Shown piece after piece: positions 46,521-46,632 of a DNA stretch of 46,632 nt (position 1 is the stretch's first letter; every line of letters begins with the position of its first letter). The stretch comes from Clostridia bacterium. Lineage in GTDB: Bacteria > Bacillota > Peptococcia > DRI-13 > DTU073. The position numbers were made by a program, and so were the translations under genes. The notes beneath the pieces are model-generated. The model worked only from the letters and a program-made list of their open reading frames with translations. It did no database searches and was not told where the DNA came from. The stretch covers positions 1-46,632 of the forward strand of contig DUTS01000103.1 of NCBI GenBank assembly GCA_012841935.1, read 5' to 3'.

Positions 46521-46632
46521 AGAATGTCAGCCATAGATTTTAAGAATCTTATTGGAAGGGTCGGACGAATAGAATATAACCTCTATGGCAATGTATTTCT
46601 CATGCGGCCAGAAGAAAAAATAAAATCAGAAA
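46521..46632 (+). other. in-frame continuation resembling the motif VI region of an SF2 helicase; runs off the window
   Basis: RMSAIDFKNLIGRVGRIEYNLYGNVFLMRPEEKIKSE. GRVGR followed by a hydrophobic strand resembles motif VI (compare LYQLRGRVGRSNRVAYAYL in the mfd of this window). Confidence 0.35.

Noticed and set aside
1-46632. Searched by eye for rRNA and tRNA genes, CRISPR repeat-spacer arrays, transposase or integrase genes, long direct or inverted repeats, reverse transcriptases and toxin-antitoxin pairs
   Set aside because: None were found. The only repeats are the protein-level SPOCS triplication, short operator-like words and terminator hairpins. A tRNAscan/cmscan and a self-dot-plot would be the proper confirmation.

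Overview
This is a low-GC chromosome segment of the endospore-forming Firmicute (Clostridia-like) type. It carries about 50 genes, all but five on the + strand. They follow the conserved origin-proximal order known from Bacillus subtilis: yaaR-holB-yaaT-yabA-rsmI-abrB-metG-tatD-ksgA ... yabG-veg ... ispE ... spoVG-glmU-prs-pth-fin-mfd-prsA-like.

Several lineage-specific blocks interrupt that backbone:
- 8.0-12.1 kb: a LysM-SleB hydrolase, fumC, a malic enzyme and an orphan GT-A-like protein.
- 13.7-17.4 kb: a sporulation block with a CAP-domain protein, a SipL-like 3xSPOCS+LysM protein, spoIIR and a YkuD L,D-transpeptidase.
- 17.5-19.1 kb: a Na/Pi-PhoU transporter.
- 19.3-26.7 kb: a ten-gene Mrp/Mbh-type cation:proton antiporter cluster with three NuoL/M/N-like subunits.
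- 27.0-34.4 kb: mgtE, an AprX-like protease, and an SLH/beta-helix wall protein directly abutting trkAH.
- 35.3-36.8 kb: a GntR regulator plus a MobA-like nucleotidyltransferase, where B. subtilis has purR-yabJ.

I saw no rRNA, tRNA, CRISPR array or intact transposase.

Several regulatory signals are readable by eye: tandem Spo0A boxes and a promoter at abrB, tandem consensus promoters at veg, a sigma-H-type promoter at spoVG, and a number of intrinsic terminators.

Clearly accessory DNA occurs only at the two edges:
- Left edge: an ORF-poor AT-rich 0.6-kb gap next to a MerR-like gene start.
- Right edge, from about 45.2 kb: a mosaic of a truncated Type III-like Mod methyltransferase, an intact XRE-AbrB fusion regulator, a 36-codon ABC-ATPase stub, and an in-frame SF2-helicase motif VI fragment that runs off the window.

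I did not find a complete, convincing novel multi-gene system inside the window. The best leads are the right-edge mosaic (a decayed or cut-off defence island, or an assembly chimera), the unusual stand-alone Mrp architecture, and the orphan GT-A-like gene beside yabG.

All calls rest on reading the sequence and the ORF track and on remembered family signatures. No searches were run.
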